This document shows positions 50,466-61,601 of a stretch of DNA of 64,000 nucleotides, in pieces; position 1 is the first letter of the stretch; each line of letters starts with the position of its first letter. The notes beneath the pieces were generated by a model. That model saw only the letters and a program-made list of their open reading frames with translations. It was not told the DNA's origin and ran no database searches. This DNA comes from an uncultured Chloroflexia bacterium. Lineage in GTDB: Bacteria; Chloroflexota; Dehalococcoidia; GIF9; AB-539-J10. The position numbers and the translations under genes were made by a program. The stretch lies in NCBI GenBank assembly GCA_963726175.1, contig CAVSBM010000010.1:17125-81124 (forward strand), written 5' to 3'.

Positions 50466-51152
50466 TCTTCTACCCCCATAAATTTGTAGCCGACTCCGTA
50501 TACCGTCTTTATGTACCTGGGGTGGCTGGGGTCTAACTCCAGTTTTCGCCGTAGGTTCAGTATGTGAACATCAACGGTGCGGTCAAAACCTTCAAAATCG
50601 TAGCCCAGAGCCTCTTCAATGAGGCTTGTTCGGCTGAAGACTCTGCCTGGCTCTTTGGCGAAAATTCCTAACAACTTGAATTCAACACTAGTCAGATTCA
50701 ATGGTGTGCCGGCTGAACCACGCTTCGTGTGTGGCAAAATTCATGCTGAGTCTGCCAGTCTTGATCTCCTCAGGACCGCGCTCTCCAGGGAGACGCCTTA
50801 GCACCGCCCGCACTCGAGCCACCAATTCCTTCGGGCTGAAAGGCTTGGTCACATAGTCGTCGGCACCCAGGTCCAAGCCTATTAGCTTGTCCTGGTCAGT
50901 AGTCCGGGCAGTCAGCATAATAATTGGTACGGCCGATTCACGTCTCAAGGTACGACAAATCTCAAGTCCATCAATGTCAGGCAGCATAAGGTCAAGAACA
51001 ATCAGGTCGGGATAGCCCTCGCGAGCGACACGTAGAGCTTCAAGACCATTATGAGCAGTCAGAACCTGGTAGCCATCCCGGTCCAAGTAGAGCTTGACCA
51101 GCTCCACGGTCTTTACATCGTCATCAATCACCAGAACCTTCTCGCCTGTCAT
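50462..51152 (-). CDS. OmpR-family response regulator (one frame break near 50715)
   Basis: REC domain KVLVIDDD...DLMLPDIDG...KPF (50688-51152) plus winged-helix LTSVEFKLL...TVYGVGYKF (50462-50737). 4-nt overlap with the kinase gene. Confidence 0.85.
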
Positions 51153-51262
51153 CCTTAGCCTCCTGGCGATCCTTCAACCCACTCTAATTTTATACCAGAA
51201 CTGTCAAGAAATTAAGTCGCAGGACCTATTTTGCAGTGCTGTCAATGCTGACCATTTCGAGA

Positions 51263-51292
51263 TTGACATGTTGCATATAGATAAACTATAAT
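51263..51292 (+). promoter_or_regulatory. Near-consensus sigma-70 promoter driving the pepP-efp leader
   Basis: TTGACA (51263-51268), 18-nt spacer, TATAAT (51287-51292). It lies about 320 nt upstream of the pepP start. Confidence 0.5.
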
Positions 51293-51428
51293 CCATTCCT
51301 CCAAAGACATATAGGACATGACAGCGAAACCATCCCGGGATCCTGACCACAAAGGGCAGCAAATTGGTGCTTTCGTTCAATTGTGCTCGGGCTTGCTTTA
51401 GCCGAGCTCCACGATTGGGGCGGACGTG

Positions 51429-51461
51429 CCTCACGTCCCAGGGGACGTGGGGTTTTTGTTT
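51429..51461 (+). terminator. Intrinsic terminator within the pepP leader, with a competing upstream hairpin
   Basis: CCUCACGUCC-CAGG-GGACGUGGGG is a 10-bp stem including one G-U pair, followed by UUUUUGUUU. The upstream GGACGUG (51422-51428) can instead pair with CACGUCC (51432-51438), which excludes the terminator. Confidence 0.6.
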
Positions 51462-51611
51462 AAATGCAATCCGAGCAGCGAACATTACCTGAGGAAATTG
51501 TGACCGATAAGCATTGTAATCACCTAGCAGGGCAGGATGGAGATCTTCACAGGTAAAAGAAAGCTGAAAATGACGAATAGAATTGTGGAAGGCAAAAGGA
51601 GAAATTCGCAA

Positions 51612-52682
51612 ATGGAGAGATTACGGAAACTGCGGAAGTTGATCGCCGAAAAGGGACTGGATGCCCTCCTAATCTCTCAACCAGAGAACCTTCGCTACCT
51701 TTGTGGGTTTACCGGCTCCGGATGGCTACTCATTTCACAACGGAATGCTATTTTAGCTCTTGACTTTCTCTATGTGGAGCAAGCTAAGGGAGAGTCACCA
51801 GATTTTGAAATTGTCCAGATCAAGCAAGACCTACACTACTGGCTTCCTGGTCTTGTTTTCGATTTGGGTTGGCACAAATTTGGCTTTGAAGCGAATCTTA
51901 TTTCCTACGACGGTTATCAGAAGCTCAGTGAGGCGATAACGAGCAAGCAAATGAATCTTGAGCTTGTTCCTACCACCGGCATAGTAGAGCGGCTTCGCTC
52001 CATAAAAGAGCTCGAGGAACTAGTATTGATCACAAAAGCGGTAGAGCTAGCCGATGCTGCTTTCCAACAAGCAAAGGCACTAGTCCGTCCTGGTATAACG
52101 GAAAAAGAGGTCGCCTGGGAGATAGAGAAGATCCTTCGCCAAAAAGGCAGTGAGGGAATACCCTTCGAAATCATCGTGGCTTCAGGCCCAAACTCAGCTT
52201 TGCCTCATGCGCGACCTACAGACAAAGCCATTTGCGCCGGTGAACCAGTAATAATAGATATGGGAGCCAGAATCAATGGTTATTGCAGCGACCTTAGCCG
52301 CACTCTATTCTTGGGCAGACCAAACAAAACATTCCAGGAAATCTATGATATAGTTCTCAAAGCACAAGCCACTGCTATGGAAAGGACCAAATCAGAAATG
52401 GCTGCTTCGGAGGCAGATCAATTGGCCCGGACTGTTATTCAACAAGCCGGCTACGGAGATGCCTTTGGACACGGTCTAGGACATGGCGTCGGGCTAGCCG
52501 TACACGAATTCCCCAGGCTTGGTCTCAGCTCCTCTGATTCGCTTGCCGATGGCATGGTTTTTACAATAGAACCCGGAATTTACCTTGCTGGACAGGGTGG
52601 TGTTAGAATTGAAGACATGGTAGTTTTGGAGAATGGCAAGGCTAGAGTGATCACCAAGGCAACAAGGATAGCTTTATTGTGA
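51612..52682 (+). CDS. pepP: Xaa-Pro aminopeptidase (M24B)
   Basis: MERLRKLRKLIAEKGLDALL start with AAAGGAG SD. Metal ligand motifs DMGARINGYCSD, HGLGHGVGLAVHE, EPGIY. Confidence 0.88.
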   Translation: MERLRKLRKLIAEKGLDALLISQPENLRYLCGFTGSGWLLISQRNAILALDFLYVEQAKGESPDFEIVQIKQDLHYWLPGLVFDLGWHKFGFEANLISYDGYQKLSEAITSKQMNLELVPTTGIVERLRSIKELEELVLITKAVELADAAFQQAKALVRPGITEKEVAWEIEKILRQKGSEGIPFEIIVASGPNSALPHARPTDKAICAGEPVIIDMGARINGYCSDLSRTLFLGRPNKTFQEIYDIVLKAQATAMERTKSEMAASEADQLARTVIQQAGYGDAFGHGLGHGVGLAVHEFPRLGLSSSDSLADGMVFTIEPGIYLAGQGGVRIEDMVVLENGKARVITKATRIALL

Positions 52683-52765
52683 GCCTCATGCGGGAGAATC
52701 ATCAATAGACTGCTTGTTTCGCTCAGGGCTGACAATTCACCATCAATAGACCAGGAGGTTACTAG

Positions 52766-53326
52766 ATGATTGATGCCGGAGAATTGAGAAAGGGAGTCGT
52801 CATAGAGCTGGATGGCGACATATACCAAATTCTGGAATATCAGCATGTTAAGATGCAACAACGACAGCCGGTAGTCAAGTTGAAACTTCGTGGTGTTCGT
52901 AACGGGAATTTCGTTGAGCGAAATTTCCAATCCGGGGACAAAGTTGCAGCAGTGTTTTTGGAGCATCGCCCCGTCCAGTACCTTTATAACGACGGCCATC
53001 TCTACTACTTCATGGACAATGAGACTTACGAACAGATTGTTTTGACCTCCGATCAGATCGGAGACGATACAGGATTTCTGAAAGAGGGACTGGTCCTAGA
53101 AATACTGACCTGCAAGGGGAACACAGTGACCATAGAGCTACCTGCTTCGGTAGAGCTTCGCATTACCGAGACAGAGCCTGGCTTTAAGGGAGATAGGGCT
53201 ACAGCGGGTACTAAGCCGGCTAAGCTAGAAACAGGAGTAACTCTCCAGGTTCCCCTTTTCATTAACACTGGCGACATCGTCAAAATCAACACACGCACCG
53301 GGGCATACTCGGAGAAGGTTAGCTGA
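52766..53326 (+). CDS. efp: Elongation factor P
   Basis: 186 aa with three-domain EF-P length. ...GTKPAKLETGVTLQVPLFINTGDIVKINTRTGAYSEKV. Confidence 0.93.
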   Translation: MIDAGELRKGVVIELDGDIYQILEYQHVKMQQRQPVVKLKLRGVRNGNFVERNFQSGDKVAAVFLEHRPVQYLYNDGHLYYFMDNETYEQIVLTSDQIGDDTGFLKEGLVLEILTCKGNTVTIELPASVELRITETEPGFKGDRATAGTKPAKLETGVTLQVPLFINTGDIVKINTRTGAYSEKVS

Positions 53327-53342
53327 GATTTAGGTAAGCTCA

Positions 53343-54014
53343 TTGATAAAAGCCGATTTACATATCCATACATGTTATTCTATAGATTGTCTCACACCTC
53401 TCGGGAAAATAGTCACGCGGTGCCGTGAGCTAGGCATAAACTGTGTCGCTGTAGCTGATCACAACACTATTGCTGGTGCCCTAGAGCTAAGGGAAATTGC
53501 GCCATTCAAAGTAATCGTTGCCGAGGAGATAGCGACCACCGCAGGTGAAATAATGGGGCTCTTTCTTAGTGAAGGGATTCGTCAAGGATTATCTGCCCAG
53601 GAGGCAATATTGCGAATCCGAAACCAGGGCGGTCTGGTGGCAATCCCCCACCCTTTTGGCAGGTCTCTGCCCTGGCACGCTAGCGTGCTAACCTCGACCA
53701 AAATCTTGTCCCAGGTTGATATTATCGAAGCGTTTAACTCCCGCACCCCGTTTTCTAATAGCATCCGCAAAGCAGGGATGCTGGCCAAAGAACAGGGCAA
53801 GGCGGCCAGCGCTGGCAGCGATGCCCATACTTTGGATGAAATTGGCCGAGCCTATGTCGAGATGGCCGAATTTGATGGCCCCACCGATTTCCTGAATTCC
53901 CTGGCTCGGGGCCAAATATTCGGGCGGAGATCCAGTTACTTAACTCATTTCGCCAGCACATGGGCTAAGATGAGGAACCATATACTTGGGGGGCCTTCGG
54001 CGAGTCAACCGTGA
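53343..54014 (+). CDS. PHP-domain metal-dependent phosphoesterase
   Basis: 223 aa. ADLHIHTCYSIDC N-terminal PHP motif, then VADHNT and PHPF further along. Confidence 0.7.
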   Translation: MIKADLHIHTCYSIDCLTPLGKIVTRCRELGINCVAVADHNTIAGALELREIAPFKVIVAEEIATTAGEIMGLFLSEGIRQGLSAQEAILRIRNQGGLVAIPHPFGRSLPWHASVLTSTKILSQVDIIEAFNSRTPFSNSIRKAGMLAKEQGKAASAGSDAHTLDEIGRAYVEMAEFDGPTDFLNSLARGQIFGRRSSYLTHFASTWAKMRNHILGGPSASQP

Positions 54015-54488
54015 GCTGCAGCACATTGCTCTGCTTCGTTTACAACGACAAAGGCGCAAGGGCCGAAATGACGTGAATCGAGAAGGGAGGATAGACACGT
54101 GCTGAACATCGGCTGGTTCTCCACTGGAATGAATACGCCTTGCCATATTCTACTCTGGGTCGGGCATCAGTAAGCCTATATGATTTGTGGATAGTTCTGG
54201 AAGCCTGGGAGAAAGGCCGCCGCGAAGATGTCGAAAGAGTGGTCAAACAAATGGAGAAAGCCGGGGGCACAAAGGATAGAGGATGGTTACACTGGCTAGA
54301 CGGAACTCAAAATATAACGGCAGCTCTGGAAATCCATTTAGAGTCTTCATAACAAGGCGGGCATTTGATGGCTTTCTATGGCCAGATAGCAGACCAGCGA
54401 AAGGCGCGTCAACAGTTTTGACAAATCTGAGGTGCATATACCATAGGAAGATATTGACAGCGTCTTTCGGCTGATTTATGGTATTGAC

Positions 54489-55334
54489 ATGACAGGCCGC
54501 TATCAAAGGGGCAAGACGAGCAGGAAGAAGCTAATAGGAATCATCGCAGCATGTATCGTAGTTGCGAGCGTAGCATTAGCCATATCTTTGTCCGGGCGTG
54601 GTGCAGTGGTCATTTTCCCAGACCCGAATCTAGAGACAGCGATGAGAGAGGCTTTGAATAAACCATCGGGACCTATTCATGCCTCTGAGCTTAGCGGGAT
54701 AACAAATCTCACGGCCTCTGATAGTGGAATTGAGAATTTATGGGGGCTCCAGTACTGTACCAGCCTGACAGATCTCGACCTCTGGCATAATCAAGTAAGT
54801 GATGTCTCCCCTCTGGCCAACCTCACAAGTCTGACGTACCTTGAACTAGGGGACAACGAGATAAGCGATATCTCCCCTCTAGCCAAGCTCACCAACATGA
54901 AATACCTCTACCTCTATTCCAACAAGATAAGCGATATCTATCCTCTGGTTAATCTCACCAACATGAGGGAACTCTCCCTCCAGTATAACCAGACAAGTGA
55001 TATCTCCCCTCTGGCCAATCTCACTAGCCTGACATACCTCGACCTCTGGCACGACCAGATAAGTGATATCTCCCCTCTGGCCAACCTCATTAGCCTGACA
55101 TACCTCTACCTTCCGCAGAACCAGATAAGCGACATCTCGGTTCTCGCCAACCTCACCAACCTGACAGAAATCTTCCTCTATTCTAACAATGTGAGCGACA
55201 TATACCCATTGGTGAACAATCCTGGGTTGGGAGCAGGCGCTTATATTACTCTAGGGAACAATCCGCTGAACTCAGATTCCATCCATACATACCTACTTGA
55301 ACTTAGAATGAGAGGCGTGAAGGTTGATTACTAG
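54489..55334 (+). CDS. Leucine-rich-repeat (internalin-like) protein with N-terminal membrane anchor
   Basis: 281 aa. TM/signal anchor LIGIIAACIVVASVALAISL, then about 7 tandem 22-aa LRRs (LTxLxLxxNQISDISPLANLTS), i.e. a 66-nt DNA period from about 54760 to 55230. Confidence 0.8.
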   Translation: MTGRYQRGKTSRKKLIGIIAACIVVASVALAISLSGRGAVVIFPDPNLETAMREALNKPSGPIHASELSGITNLTASDSGIENLWGLQYCTSLTDLDLWHNQVSDVSPLANLTSLTYLELGDNEISDISPLAKLTNMKYLYLYSNKISDIYPLVNLTNMRELSLQYNQTSDISPLANLTSLTYLDLWHDQISDISPLANLISLTYLYLPQNQISDISVLANLTNLTEIFLYSNNVSDIYPLVNNPGLGAGAYITLGNNPLNSDSIHTYLLELRMRGVKVDY

Positions 55335-55919
55335 AACTCAGGCACATAGGTTGAAAGTGGAGTGTTCTTAGGGGCGTGATTGCACACGAGGTCGTCTTGT
55401 CACTCCATTACAGAAACCGGAAACGGCGTATTGTGACCGTGGCATATCAAGCACGCACGCTGAACGGTAGACGTTCTATGTTATTGTGTCCCCACAATCC
55501 CATACGAGAACCCACCGCCTACCTAGAGAGGACACCGCCCGACCAGGTTAATCTAAAAAAGCTCTGAAAATGCCCCATCTCTCGTGGCGACCGTTAGTCT
55601 CAAATCAGATTCATTCGAGACCTGAAATATATCATGGGACTTCTGAGGCTGCCTTAGGTTACCCACTCTCGCCTTCCGAGCTGATGGAAGATCCACACAA
55701 AGGGGGGAGTGGCGATCGGAGCAATGACGACGATAGTGATTAACCCTGCTCTACCCAGTTCACCAAAAGCCTCGCCTGCGACATGAGCCGTAATCATTGC
55801 CCCTATCCAAACCGACCCGTAACCATGATGCCAGCATGTGAACCTTGGGAAGGCCTCAATTCCTTCAGGGAGCATAGTAAGGCGCCGCCTAGTCTGACTG
55901 CTCTTGGACGCTGTCAGCT

Positions 55920-56528
55920 CTATTTCTTGGCTGGCTTGCTCAGTATTTCGTCTATGATGCCGTATTCCACCGCTTGTTCGGCACTAAGATAGAAGTCCCT
56001 GTCCGTGTCGTGGGCAATCTTTTCCACCGGTTGGCCGGTGTGCTTAGCTATGATATTACGTATCGTTTCCTGTATCCTCATTATTTCTCTGGCCGCAATT
56101 TCAATATCCGCTGCCTGCCCTTGAGCACCGCCAGCGGCCTGGTGCAGATGTATAGTGCAATTAGGTAAAGCGTACCTCTTGCCTTTGGTTCCGGCGCAAA
56201 GAAGCACGGTACCCATGCTAGCTGCCAAACCAACACAAATGGTAGATATAGGGCAGCGAAGAATCTGCATAGTATCGTAAATCGCTAACCCAGCACTGAT
56301 AATGCCACCTGGACAATGAACATAAAGGTTTATGTCCTTTTCTGGATCTTCCCTCTCCAGGTAGAGGAGCTGAGCAATAATAAGATTGGCTATCTGGTCG
56401 TTGATCGGCGTGCCTAGAAAAACGATCCTCTCCCTCAGCAAGAGAGAATATATGTCGAAAATACGCTCTCCGCGGGCACTGCTTTCGGTCACCGTAGGAA
56501 TTATCACCTGAGATTTTGTTTCCATCAT
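55920..56528 (-). CDS. clpP: ATP-dependent Clp protease proteolytic subunit
   Basis: 202 aa. [19 protein letters not shown] start, catalytic Ser context GLAASMG, His context IHLHQ. Confidence 0.95.
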   Translation of the reverse strand: MMETKSQVIIPTVTESSARGERIFDIYSLLLRERIVFLGTPINDQIANLIIAQLLYLEREDPEKDINLYVHCPGGIISAGLAIYDTMQILRCPISTICVGLAASMGTVLLCAGTKGKRYALPNCTIHLHQAAGGAQGQAADIEIAAREIMRIQETIRNIIAKHTGQPVEKIAHDTDRDFYLSAEQAVEYGIIDEILSKPAKK

Positions 56529-57817
56529 TCCCCCTTTGCTATATGTTCAACATTCCCGATGGCCATTTCTAGTAATTTGTCCATCGTTTTCTGAGTACGC
56601 AGAGATTGTTCAATTGATTGCTTGATTTGAGGCAACGAGAAGAGTTGCCTTGCCTTTTCCTTATCTGCAGCATCATTGACAATCTCAGTTACCTTATTAT
56701 CCACCTCTGAGGGACTAATTTCAATCTTCTCCTCTTCAGCCAATTTCCCCAAGATAAGACTCTGAATAAGCCGCCTTTTCGCTATAGGACGCAGCTCTTC
56801 TTTGACCTCTTCTTCCGTTTTATTAGCCCTCTTCAGGTAGTCGGCTGTCTCTCTAAAGCCCAAACGCTGTGCCTCGCTTCTAAGGAGTTCGGCGATTTCC
56901 TCGTCCTCAAGGATAGGGGGATAGCCTACCTCGCTGATTTCCACCAGAGCGTCAAGCGCTTTTTGCTTCAAGTCCAAACGACTCCTAGCCTCAGCTTTAG
57001 TTCTTAAATCGGCAGTCACTCCCTGTTTCATGGCCTCCAGGTTATCATACCCGGCACCCTGAGCCAATTTATCGTTAAGCTCTGGTAACTGTTTCTCTTT
57101 TATTTCAGTAACAGTGACCTTGAAAGTGCCTTCCTTGCCACTCATCTCCTTAATGGGATAGTCATCAGGAATGGTCAAGGTGAAAGTCTTCTCTTTGTTT
57201 TTCTCAGTGCCCACCAAGCAGGAAGCAAATCCCGGCACAGGTGAACGTGAATTCTCATCCATCTCGTACAATATATCTTTGTGATTCAACCAGGGTCTGC
57301 CGTCCACATTAGCCTGGATATTCACGGTGATTAAGTCACCTGGCCCAGCCGGACGGTCTACAGGCATCCACGCCCCTTGTCTTGCCCGCAACTCCTCCGT
57401 GGCAGCGGCAGCTTCTTTGTCGGTGACTTCTATCTCCGGGCTGGCATCCAGCCTTATCCCGTGGTAATCCCCGAGCTTAACTTCCGGTTTTAGAGATACT
57501 ACGGCCTTGAAAATCAACGGCTCAGTCTGAGTAATCTCAATTTGTGGTCTGGCGATCGGTTCCATTTTCTCAGACTCGATCGCCTGTCCATAAAGCTGTG
57601 GTACAAGATGCTCCAGCGCCTCTTCCAACAAATTCTTCTTCCCTATGTGCTGTTCCAGAATGCCCCTCGGGGCTTTGCCTTTCCGGAAACCGGGTATGGA
57701 CACCTCCTTAACCAGGCGATGATAAGCTTCCTCCAGCGATTTATCTACCTCACTGGCTTCAGCTTCTATATTGAGGGCTATCTGGCAACTCTCCAGATTC
57801 TCCGTGCTTACTTTCAT
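56525..57817 (-). CDS. tig: Trigger factor
   Basis: 430 aa. N-terminal ribosome-binding GFRKGKAP motif. The tig-clpP order and 4-nt overlap are classic. Confidence 0.9.
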   Translation of the reverse strand: MKVSTENLESCQIALNIEAEASEVDKSLEEAYHRLVKEVSIPGFRKGKAPRGILEQHIGKKNLLEEALEHLVPQLYGQAIESEKMEPIARPQIEITQTEPLIFKAVVSLKPEVKLGDYHGIRLDASPEIEVTDKEAAAATEELRARQGAWMPVDRPAGPGDLITVNIQANVDGRPWLNHKDILYEMDENSRSPVPGFASCLVGTEKNKEKTFTLTIPDDYPIKEMSGKEGTFKVTVTEIKEKQLPELNDKLAQGAGYDNLEAMKQGVTADLRTKAEARSRLDLKQKALDALVEISEVGYPPILEDEEIAELLRSEAQRLGFRETADYLKRANKTEEEVKEELRPIAKRRLIQSLILGKLAEEEKIEISPSEVDNKVTEIVNDAADKEKARQLFSLPQIKQSIEQSLRTQKTMDKLLEMAIGNVEHIAKGE

Positions 57818-57820
57818 GTC

Positions 57821-59624
57821 TCATCCCTTGTCATCGCGGCGAAGAACCTCGCGCTTTAGTTTGATGTTTAGTTCGTCAAGCTGATGCTTGTCGACATACG
57901 AAGGACTATCCAACATCACATCGGCAGCATTCTGATTCTTGGGGAAAGCAATGACCTCCCTGATGGTTCGCTCCCCAGCCAGTAACATCACCAAACGGTC
58001 CAGACCTATGGCAATACCACCGTGTGGGGGTGCTCCATATTCCAGTGCTTCCAAGAAACCTCCAAATCGGCTTTCCGTTTCTTCTTTACTGTAACCGAGG
58101 AGGCTAAATACTCTTTCCTGAAATTGACGATTATGAATTCTAATGCTACCGCTCCCAAGTTCGTAACCATTGCACACCACATCATAATGTTGACCGTGAA
58201 CCCCGGCCGGCTCACTATCAAGAAGTGCCACATCCTCCCATCGAGGAGCAGTAAACGGATGGTGCATTGGTTCCCAACGTTTCTCAGCTTCGTTCCACTC
58301 CAAAAAAGGGAAATCGACTACGAAGGCAAAAGCCAGGAGGTTGCCATCAGCTAGACTAAGTCGCTGTGCCATCTGGCGGCGCAACTCATCCAGTGTCTTG
58401 TTGACTATGGCCGGCTTATCGGCCACGATAAGCAGAAGGTCACCGGGCTTTGCTTGAAATCTATCGGCTATCTCTTCCAGTTGGTGAAGACTCAGGTATC
58501 TAGCAGCCGCCGATTTTACCCCATCCAGAGTTATAGCCTCTCCCGTAAAAGCCATGGTCATCAAACCCTGAGCACCATAACCTTTGGCCAAATCAATTAG
58601 CTCATCAAGTTGATGGTGAGTGTAATGCCCACAACCGGGGACGCATATTCCCCTCACCTTGCCGCTGTTATCGAGGGCTGAGCGAAAAACCTGGAAGTCG
58701 GTATCAGCGCCGATATCGGATATATCCTTGATCTCCAAGCCAAACCTGATGTCGGGTTTGTCTGTGCCATACCTTTCCATCGCTTCTTTATAGGAAAGGC
58801 GTGGAAAAGGGCTCCACCAATCGCGCCCCAGGCTTAACAGCCTTTACCAGCGAAGCGAAAAGCTCTTCCATAAGCCGTAATATGTCCGGCGCCTCAACGA
58901 AGCTCATCTCCAGATCAAGCTGTGTGAACTCAGGCTGCCGATCGGCTCGCAGGTCCTCGTCCCTGAAGCAACGAGCTATCTGAAAATACTTGTCAAACCC
59001 AGCTACCATCAGGAGTTGTTTCAGCTGCTGTGGGGATTGAGGCAGGGCATAAAACTTGCCGGGATTTATGCGGCTGGGCACAAGGTAGTCCCGGGCTCCC
59101 TCAGGTGTGCTCTTAATCAAAATAGGTGTCTCAATTTCCACAAATCCTTTGGCGTCGAGTAGATCACGAATAAACTTTATCACCCTGTAGCGTAAGATTA
59201 GATTATCCTTCAGTCTGGGTCTTCTCAGGTACAGGTAGCGGTTTTTGAGGCAAAGTGATTCTTCAATTTCTTCATCTTCACTTATGTAAAATGGCGGTGT
59301 TTTGGATGGATTAAGGATGACAGCCTCTTTGGCTATCACCTCAATGTCTCCAGTAGCTAGTTTAGGATTCTCTGTCCCTTTGGGGCGAATAGCAACTTGC
59401 CCTGTGACCTGAATTACGTACTCACTGCGGAGCGAACCAGCTACCTCGTATGCCTCTTGTGATACCTGAGGATTGAACACAACCTGAACAATACCATCCC
59501 GGTCACGCAGGTCAATAAATACCTTCCCACCATGGTCGCGACGCCGATGCACCCAGCCCGCTAGAGTTACCTTCTGTCCGGAATGCTCTTCCCTGAGTTC
59601 TCCGCAGTTATGGCTCTTAAGCAA
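57821..59624 (-). CDS. aspS: Aspartate--tRNA ligase, single frame break at an A4/T4 run (58805-58808)
   Basis: N-terminal OB fold and motif 2 [18 protein letters not shown] (58788-59624). C-terminal part with motif 3 [10 protein letters not shown] (57821-58780). Removing one T from CCCTTTTCC restores ...[24 protein letters not shown]. Confidence 0.9.
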
Positions 59625-59785
59625 CTATAATCTCCTGTTCTAACCCCCGCTAAAATCATGCGATTCTTGTCCGACCCTGCTGAGTCAAATCATCAGGGTC
59701 TCCAATAAATCACAAGACTTTCTAGGTTTGCTTTAGACTGGTCATTATAGCTTATAGAAGGTGGGCTTTCAATTGAACAAAGAAG

Positions 59786-60869
59786 TCATGACTCCACTAG
59801 TTCTTGAAGAACGGCCAGCACCTCCTCTTGAGGGACGTCACTACGAATTACTGCTTTGCCGATATCTTGCAGCAGCACCCAGCGAATTGCCTTTCCCTTC
59901 ACTTTTTTATCCAGTTCCATGGCCCTGGTTATCCCGGCAACCCTCAGCTTCAGATCGCCTCGCTTCGGCGGGAATGACGTGGGCAAGCCGAATCTCTCGA
60001 GCAGAGCTTTTTGGCGCTCCACCTCCTTTGAAGGCAAAAGACCCAATCGCTGCATCAGCTTAGCGGCTCCCACCATGCCAATGGCTACCGCTTCACCATG
60101 AAGAAAGCGCTTATATCGATAGCCGCCTCCAGGCCATGCCCAATGGTATGCCCATAATTCAAAATGGTACGTTTCCCTTCTCTTTCTTTTTATCCTGGCT
60201 GACGACCTGAGCCTTTATAGCAGCGCTGCGGGCAATAGCTCTAGTAAGCAAGTCTGGCTCTAGTTTCTTCAGACTATTAACATTAGTCTCCAAGAATTGC
60301 ACAAATTCCTCATCAAGAATCATGCCATGCTTAATAACTTCAGCCCAGCCCGAGGTCAGTTCGCGCCGAGGCAGAGTGGCAAGAGTTTGAACATCAGCAA
60401 GGACAAAACTGGGTTGATAGAAAGCGCCGACAAGGTTCTTTCCCTCAGGATGGTTAACTCCGACCTTGCCCCCGATGGCTGGCATCAACCATGGCTACCA
60501 GACTGGTCGGCACCTATCCAAGCTATGCCCGCAAAAAGGTGGCTGCAACAAAGCCGGCTAAGTCACCTACCATGCCACCACCAAGGCGACGATGATATCG
60601 TCTCGTTCCGTTCGATGCTAAGGGAATCATAGATCTTGACGGCGGAGTCCATGGTTTTTGTTTCTTCGCCCGCCGGCACTACAAAGGATTGACAGCAAAA
60701 CAAGTGTCCCTGAGGACTTCCTCAACTTTGTCGCCGTAAAGTGAGAACACGTTCTCATCGCTAATAATGGTGACTGTGCCGGATAAACCAGCCTGCTTCA
60801 TCTTCTCACCAACTTGTCCAATAGACCACAGCCAACAAAGATAGGATAGCTTTGAGTTTCAGTTTCCAC
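59786..60869 (-). pseudogene. aroB: 3-dehydroquinate synthase, multiple frame breaks
   Basis: Fragments in different frames: METETQSYPIFVGCGLLDKL (GTG 60869), ...GTVTIISDENVFSLYGDKV, ...GGKVGVNHPEGKNLVGAFYQP...AEVIKHG, and a C-terminal piece at 59786-60076. At least 4 frame switches. Confidence 0.75.
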
Positions 60870-61541
60870 ATGCAAGCAACGTCTTTGTCAATCCTTCTTT
60901 GGCCTTCTCGTTGTTATTGCGGGCCTTTTCCTTGTCATTGCGAGGCGCGCAGCCATGAAACAATCCCCAAGCCCTTAGTACCTCGTCTGCCACTTCACTG
61001 ATGCTTAGCCCATCCGTATGGATAGTCCAATCTGCTTTGGCATAGTACGGTTGCCGGGAGGCTTTAAGCTGCCTGATGCGTTCCAAAGGTTATCGTGGCC
61101 TGGAAGGGGAGAACTTCAGTCTCAGGACTACGAGCAGCCTCACGGAACAAGCGCTCATAATAGTCTCAGGTTTAGCCTCCAGGCAAACAATCAACCCGGT
61201 TTTCGCAAGCAGTTCATAATTTTGCGGGTCAACTATGGCACCACCACCGATAGCTATGACTGTCTGCCTTTGTTGGCAAGCTTTCTTAATCGTCTCGCGT
61301 TCCAGTTCTCTGAACTTGCCTCCCCATCCTGACGAAAAATCTGGGCGATAGGTTTGCCAGCTGGCTTGACTATCTCATCATCTGTATCCAGGAAAACCCA
61401 ATCTAGTCTCCGACCTACCTCTTTAGCCACCAGAGATTTGCCGGTGCCTGAGAAGCCTGTGATAACGAGATTGGTTGTTGCCTGTCCACTTTCATCAGCT
61501 ATATTTGTCAGTATATTGAAAAATCCAGACCAGAGCAACAA
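60859..61541 (-). pseudogene. aroK: Shikimate kinase, at least two frame breaks
   Basis: NLVITGFSGTGKSLVAKEVGRRL..FLDTDDEI P-loop N-terminus (61254-61541). Middle part IGGGAIVDPQNYELL is in another frame. C-terminal piece at 60859-61086 (RQPYYAKADWTIHTDG). Confidence 0.7.
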
Positions 61542-61601
61542 TTACCTTTCCACGAGATTGACTACTAAGTACCAAGTATCATTGCGGGCCTTGCATTCTT
61601 T

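Noticed and set aside
51325-51360. c-di-GMP-I (GEMM) riboswitch resemblance (GCGAAACC ... GACCACAAAGGG)
   Set aside because: The strongly conserved ACGCAAAGC core and the GNRA tetraloop/receptor arrangement are not reproduced. The similarity is limited to a few nucleotides.
51318-51401. 27-codon leader peptide (MTAKPSRDPDHKGQQIGAFVQLCSGLL) in the pepP-efp leader, possibly proline-stalling
   Set aside because: No usable Shine-Dalgarno (AGGA abuts the ATG). It has only isolated prolines, with no PP(P/G/D) EF-P-dependent stall motif, and its stop is not positioned against the terminator arms.
51204-51611. 135-aa minus-strand ORF
   Set aside because: It spans the divergent promoter region, the consensus + strand promoter and the terminator. 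It has no SD and no recognisable family, so it is most likely non-coding.
54088-54352. Possible remnant of a formyltransferase-like gene (VLNIGWFSTG...) and the 70-aa ORF at 54140-54352
   Set aside because: Only about 10 residues resemble anything I recognise, a stop follows after 23 codons, and I cannot verify the match without a database search.
47902-55230. CRISPR-like regular repeats
   Set aside because: The periodic repeats at 47.9-48.7 kb (about 117 nt) and 54.76-55.23 kb (66 nt) are contiguous coding repeats (beta-propeller blades, LRRs) without unique spacers. They are not CRISPR arrays.
55654-55875. 73-aa hydrophobic ORF downstream of clpP
   Set aside because: No SD and no recognisable family. 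It may be a fragment of a membrane protein or non-coding. The support is insufficient.
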